From positions 44,399 through 64,398 of the forward strand of contig MTMY01000021.1 of NCBI GenBank assembly GCA_002010215.1: a stretch of 20,000 bases of DNA, read 5' to 3'. This DNA is from Archaeoglobus sp. JdFR-37. GTDB lineage: Archaea; Halobacteriota; Archaeoglobi; Archaeoglobales; Archaeoglobaceae. Position numbers and translations under genes: made by a program. Below the pieces are notes generated by a model that did not search any database, was not told the origin of the DNA, and saw only the letters and a program-made list of their open reading frames with translations. Positions 17,024 to 20,000 of this stretch are shown piece after piece (position 1 is the first letter of the stretch; every line of letters starts with the position of its first letter).

Positions 17024-18418
17024 TTAATCTTCTATCAAGCCGGTCTCACTAAACCTCTTCTCAAGCATCAGCGCAAAGTTCAAGATGGTGTTCTCACTGA
17101 AATAGTCCCCCATTATCTGCAATCCCACAGGCAATCCCTTCACAAAACCAGCAGGCATGCTCAGCGCTGGGATGCCGGCCAGGTTTATGGCGACAGTATT
17201 CACATCTGCCTTATACATGGTCAGGGGATCAGCCAGCTCTCCTATCCTGAAAGGCAGAGAGGGCATAGTGGGAGATATCAGCACATCAACTTGGCTGAAA
17301 GCCTTTTGGAAATCTCTTCTAACCAGTGTTCTGACCTTTAAAGCCTTGAGATAGTACTTCCCGTAATAGCCTGCTGAGAGGGCATAACTGCCCAGCATAA
17401 TCCTTCGCTTTACTTCTTCGCCAAACCCCTCTGCTCTCACCTTTGAAAAGTACCTGCTCCAAGAGTCGAGTTCAGATGCTAAACCATACCTGACCCCATC
17501 ATATCTAGCGAGGTTTGATGAGGCTTCACTCATGGCTATGACATAGTAGGCTGCAAGAGCATAGCGGAAAGAAGGCATGCTGACCTCCACAACCTCACCA
17601 TCGGTCAAACCATTTAGCATTTCAAGGACTTCGCTGAATCTGCCCATCACCTCATCATTCCCGCCCATTTCCTTGACCACTCCAATTTTGAACTTCTTTT
17701 CAGTCTGACCTTTGAACTCAAAACTTCTTCCAGCATTGGTTGAATCTCTTGCATCCTTGCCTGCTATTACCTCAAGCAGCAGCGCAAGGTCTTCAACACT
17801 GCTAGCCATCGGCCCTATCTGCTCAAGACTGTTGGCATACGGAATCAAGCCGTATCTGGAGACCAATCCATAGGTGGGCTTCAGGCCGTAAACACCGCAA
17901 AAGCTGGCGGGACACCTTATACTCCCACCCGTATCGCTTCCAAGGGACATAACTGCTTCTTCTCCCGCAACAACAGCACCGCTTCCTCCACTGCTACCTC
18001 CAGCCACCCTGTCCTCGTCGTAAGGATTCCTGACAACGCCGAAAAATGAGGTTTCAGTCGTTGTTCCCATAGCAAACTCGTCCATGTTGGTCTTTCCGAT
18101 GATGATTGCCCCTTCAGCCTTCAGCCTCTCCACCACGTGGGCGTCGAAAGGCGGAACGTAATCGTGCAGTATTCTGGATGCGCAGGTTGTGCGGATGCCC
18201 TTCGTGGTGATATTATCCTTGATGGCAACAGGTATGCCGGCAAGCTTGCCTTTTAGTTCACCTTTGTCGTACTCCTCAGCCTTCCTTAATGCCTCATTCT
18301 CTATAACAGTAATGTAAGCATTCAGCCTGCTCCTCTCAATTCTCTCCAGCATTTCGGAAACGAGATCGTAGCATTTCTCTGATTCAACCCTCTCTTTCCA
18401 TTCTGCCACACCGATCAT
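17024..18418 (-). CDS. gatA: Asp/Glu-tRNA amidotransferase subunit A
   Basis: IKDNI, GKTNMDEFAMG, GGSSGGS, GSDTGGSIRCPA, SSNLARYDG, EVKRRIMLG. Start moved to ATG 18418 (ATGA overlap with the gatC stop). Confidence 0.97.
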   Translation of the reverse strand: MIGVAEWKERVESEKCYDLVSEMLERIERSRLNAYITVIENEALRKAEEYDKGELKGKLAGIPVAIKDNITTKGIRTTCASRILHDYVPPFDAHVVERLKAEGAIIIGKTNMDEFAMGTTTETSFFGVVRNPYDEDRVAGGSSGGSGAVVAGEEAVMSLGSDTGGSIRCPASFCGVYGLKPTYGLVSRYGLIPYANSLEQIGPMASSVEDLALLLEVIAGKDARDSTNAGRSFEFKGQTEKKFKIGVVKEMGGNDEVMGRFSEVLEMLNGLTDGEVVEVSMPSFRYALAAYYVIAMSEASSNLARYDGVRYGLASELDSWSRYFSKVRAEGFGEEVKRRIMLGSYALSAGYYGKYYLKALKVRTLVRRDFQKAFSQVDVLISPTMPSLPFRIGELADPLTMYKADVNTVAINLAGIPALSMPAGFVKGLPVGLQIMGDYFSENTILNFALMLEKRFSETGLIED

Positions 18419-18696
18419 TCTACCACCTTCGGTCCCTTGAAGTAGCCGTTTTCCACATGCTTTGCGTTCATCATGGCCTCCTCTCTGCTCAAACATTCGC
18501 CTGGAGCATCTTCTCTGAATACATTTCTGAGCTGGATAACAGTGAAGGTGGGCTCAATTTCCTCCTCAACCTCATCCAGAATATCGAAATAATCCAGTAT
18601 GCTCTGGAACTCGTCTTTAAACTTCTCCACTTCCTCATCAGAAAGCTGTATTTTGGCAAGATTTGCTATGTGGAGGACATCATCCCTAGTTATCAT
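18415..18696 (-). CDS. gatC: Asp/Glu-tRNA amidotransferase subunit C
   Basis: ITRDDVLHIANLAKI, ILDYFDIL, NVFRED, GYFKGPKV; directly upstream of gatA. Confidence 0.95.
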   Translation of the reverse strand: MITRDDVLHIANLAKIQLSDEEVEKFKDEFQSILDYFDILDEVEEEIEPTFTVIQLRNVFREDAPGECLSREEAMMNAKHVENGYFKGPKVVE

Positions 18697-18720
18697 ACGT
18701 CAGCAAAAGGTAGCGGGCTA

Positions 18721-18736
18721 ATTAAATAACTTTCTG
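18721..18736 (-). promoter_or_regulatory. BRE/TATA promoter for gatCA
   Basis: Minus strand CAGAAAG-TTATTTAAT about 25-33 nt upstream of ATG 18696. Confidence 0.5.
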
Positions 18737-18972
18737 ATGATGTTTAGATGACTTTTCTGGATGTTTTTGATGTTCGCCTCCAATTGACGACTCTTCTAAA
18801 ATTGATAAGTCCGAAGAGTTCAGAAATCATTTTTCCTTTCTTTTGTAAAAATTACCAATAGCACCTTGATCGTGCAAAGGAATCCAGACAGGGCGTATTA
18901 TTGATTCTCTGAAAGGAGTAAAGTTTAAGCTAGAAACTTTTTGAAATTTTTGGTTCATATCCATAAATGAAT

Positions 18973-19701
18973 CTAATCAGATGGAATGTTGTTAGGTAAA
19001 GTTGAATTTAGAAGCTTTTTAGCAATAACGATCTCTCCCGGTAGCCCGAATAATTTTACTTCTTCTTTGTACTTTATTTCGAACCCGGCTCCTCTTATCG
19101 ATTGCTCAACATAAATCGGTCTGCAGTCAATATACTGGGGAAACTTTTCGTGGAGCCTCTCATACAGCCTCAATAAGAGCGAATCTCCATCTTCCTTTGA
19201 CATGCTGACAACCCCAAGCCTTCCGCCAGGCTTTAGAACCCTTTTAATCTCATCCAGAACTTTCGGAATTTCAGGTGTGTCAAAGAGCTCCAGAGTGAAG
19301 CTCATGAAAACGGCATCAAATTTGTTATCTTCATACGGCAGTTCCAGAGCATCACCACAATATAGCTCGACTCTATCCAAAAGCCCGGCTTTTTGGAGTC
19401 TCCTTTTGCTGACCTCCTGCATCCTGGAAGAGATGTCAATGCCGTAGACCTTTCCCTCCTCACCCACCAGCTCAGCCATTTTCTTTAAGCAGTGCCCTGT
19501 TCCAAAGCCAAGCTCTAAGACAATTTCTCCTTTTTTAATGTTCAACAACGTCAACGCCCTATTTCTATACTTCTTCTCAAAGATTCCGGCAAAATAATCG
19601 TAGACTCGGCTAATCTTGTTGTAAGTTTCTCTTGCCTGAGCTTTTGTCCTATGTACTCTCAATATCCTATCATTTTTTGAGTTCATTCCGCTACCTTGCA
19701 T
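18973..19701 (-). CDS. Class I SAM-dependent methyltransferase (UbiE/COQ5-like)
   Basis: YNKISRVYD, VLELGFGTG, GIDIS, GDALELPYEDNKFD, RVLKPGG; alternative start ATG 19686. Confidence 0.92.
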   Translation of the reverse strand: MQGSGMNSKNDRILRVHRTKAQARETYNKISRVYDYFAGIFEKKYRNRALTLLNIKKGEIVLELGFGTGHCLKKMAELVGEEGKVYGIDISSRMQEVSKRRLQKAGLLDRVELYCGDALELPYEDNKFDAVFMSFTLELFDTPEIPKVLDEIKRVLKPGGRLGVVSMSKEDGDSLLLRLYERLHEKFPQYIDCRPIYVEQSIRGAGFEIKYKEEVKLFGLPGEIVIAKKLLNSTLPNNIPSD

Positions 19702-19899
19702 TGGTTTTGTTTTGGTGTATCTTATGAATTTCTTTCTGCCTCACACCCTTATAAATTAAGCATATGTTCCCTTTCTGAAGATATGTTTCTTGCTGCCATT
19801 CGATTTCATCTAGCATATAACTTGTGCTTACTTGGACTCAAGTTTTTCACTTGCAATCGACGATGGGAAAGAACACCTTAAAAGAGTTTGAAACAACCA

Positions 19900-20000
19900 G
19901 TGAACTACTCCACCCCAGGCAGAGCTTCCTGCTTCAGCGAGAGAACTTGCCCCTCGATCACTTCTCTACACGAGATCACGAGGGGTAGAGGTTCTCCCTC
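19900..20000 (-). mobile_element. Right end of an IS200/IS605-family element with omega-RNA-like scaffold (continues beyond the window)
   Basis: Minus strand ends GAAGCAGGAAGCTCTGCCTGGGGTGGAGTAGTTCAC: subterminal hairpin plus TTCAC terminus like archaeal IS605-type ends, preceded by a long nested hairpin at 19941-19996. Confidence 0.8.
19905..20000 (-). CDS. tnpB: C-terminal tail of a TnpB-like protein (partial, or a remnant)
   Basis: Open frame EGEPLPLVISCREVIEGQVLSLKQEALPGVE* from the window edge, resembling the (PV)E..PL...KQEA tails of archaeal TnpB. Only 31 codons are visible. Confidence 0.6.
   Translation of the reverse strand, partial: EGEPLPLVISCREVIEGQVLSLKQEALPGVE

Noticed and set aside
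18419..18496. N-terminal extension of gatA in the ORF track
   Set aside because: It lies inside gatC; the ATGA coupling at 18415-18418 gives the natural start.
18745..18831. 28-codon minus-strand ORF (MISELFGLINFRRVVNWRRTSKTSRKVI) and an ACTCTTC/GAAGAGT inverted repeat
   Set aside because: Too short, no clear promoter or recognisable homology; not distinguishable from chance.
18975..19000. ACCTAACAA at the end of the methyltransferase, resembling an integron attC inverse core
   Set aside because: No matching GTTRRRY core or paired arms downstream.
1..20000. CRISPR arrays, tRNA and rRNA genes
   Set aside because: No spaced repeats or cloverleaf/rRNA motifs were seen in any intergenic gap.

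Overview
Gene-dense archaeal chromosomal segment, most likely from the Archaeoglobi. This is inferred from BRE/TATA promoters about 25 nt before start codons, the ilvE-ACT-hom-prepilin peptidase operon, an Hps-RraA fusion, an FwdF-like polyferredoxin and multi-PAS kinases. Left to right: a partial FwdF-like polyferredoxin missed by the ORF track (<1-783, -); sua5; a signalling cluster of a stand-alone receiver, a 5-PAS histidine kinase, a membrane SBP-PAS-PAS-GAF sensor ending in a His-less HisKA-like helix with no ATPase domain, and a DUF257-like protein; a probable 7Fe ferredoxin divergent from a methanogenesis-marker-2-like AIR-synthase-family gene; flaK-hom-ACT-ilvE; a DUF2892 protein; hps-RraA; hemD; a membrane protein; DUF763; gatA and gatC; and a SAM methyltransferase. 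The last 101 nt are the right end of an IS200/IS605 element, with a TnpB-like C-terminus and an omega-RNA-like scaffold. Most of the window is housekeeping. The best leads are the kinase/pseudokinase module and the TnpB RNA-guide end. All family calls come from motif recognition by eye; no searches were run.
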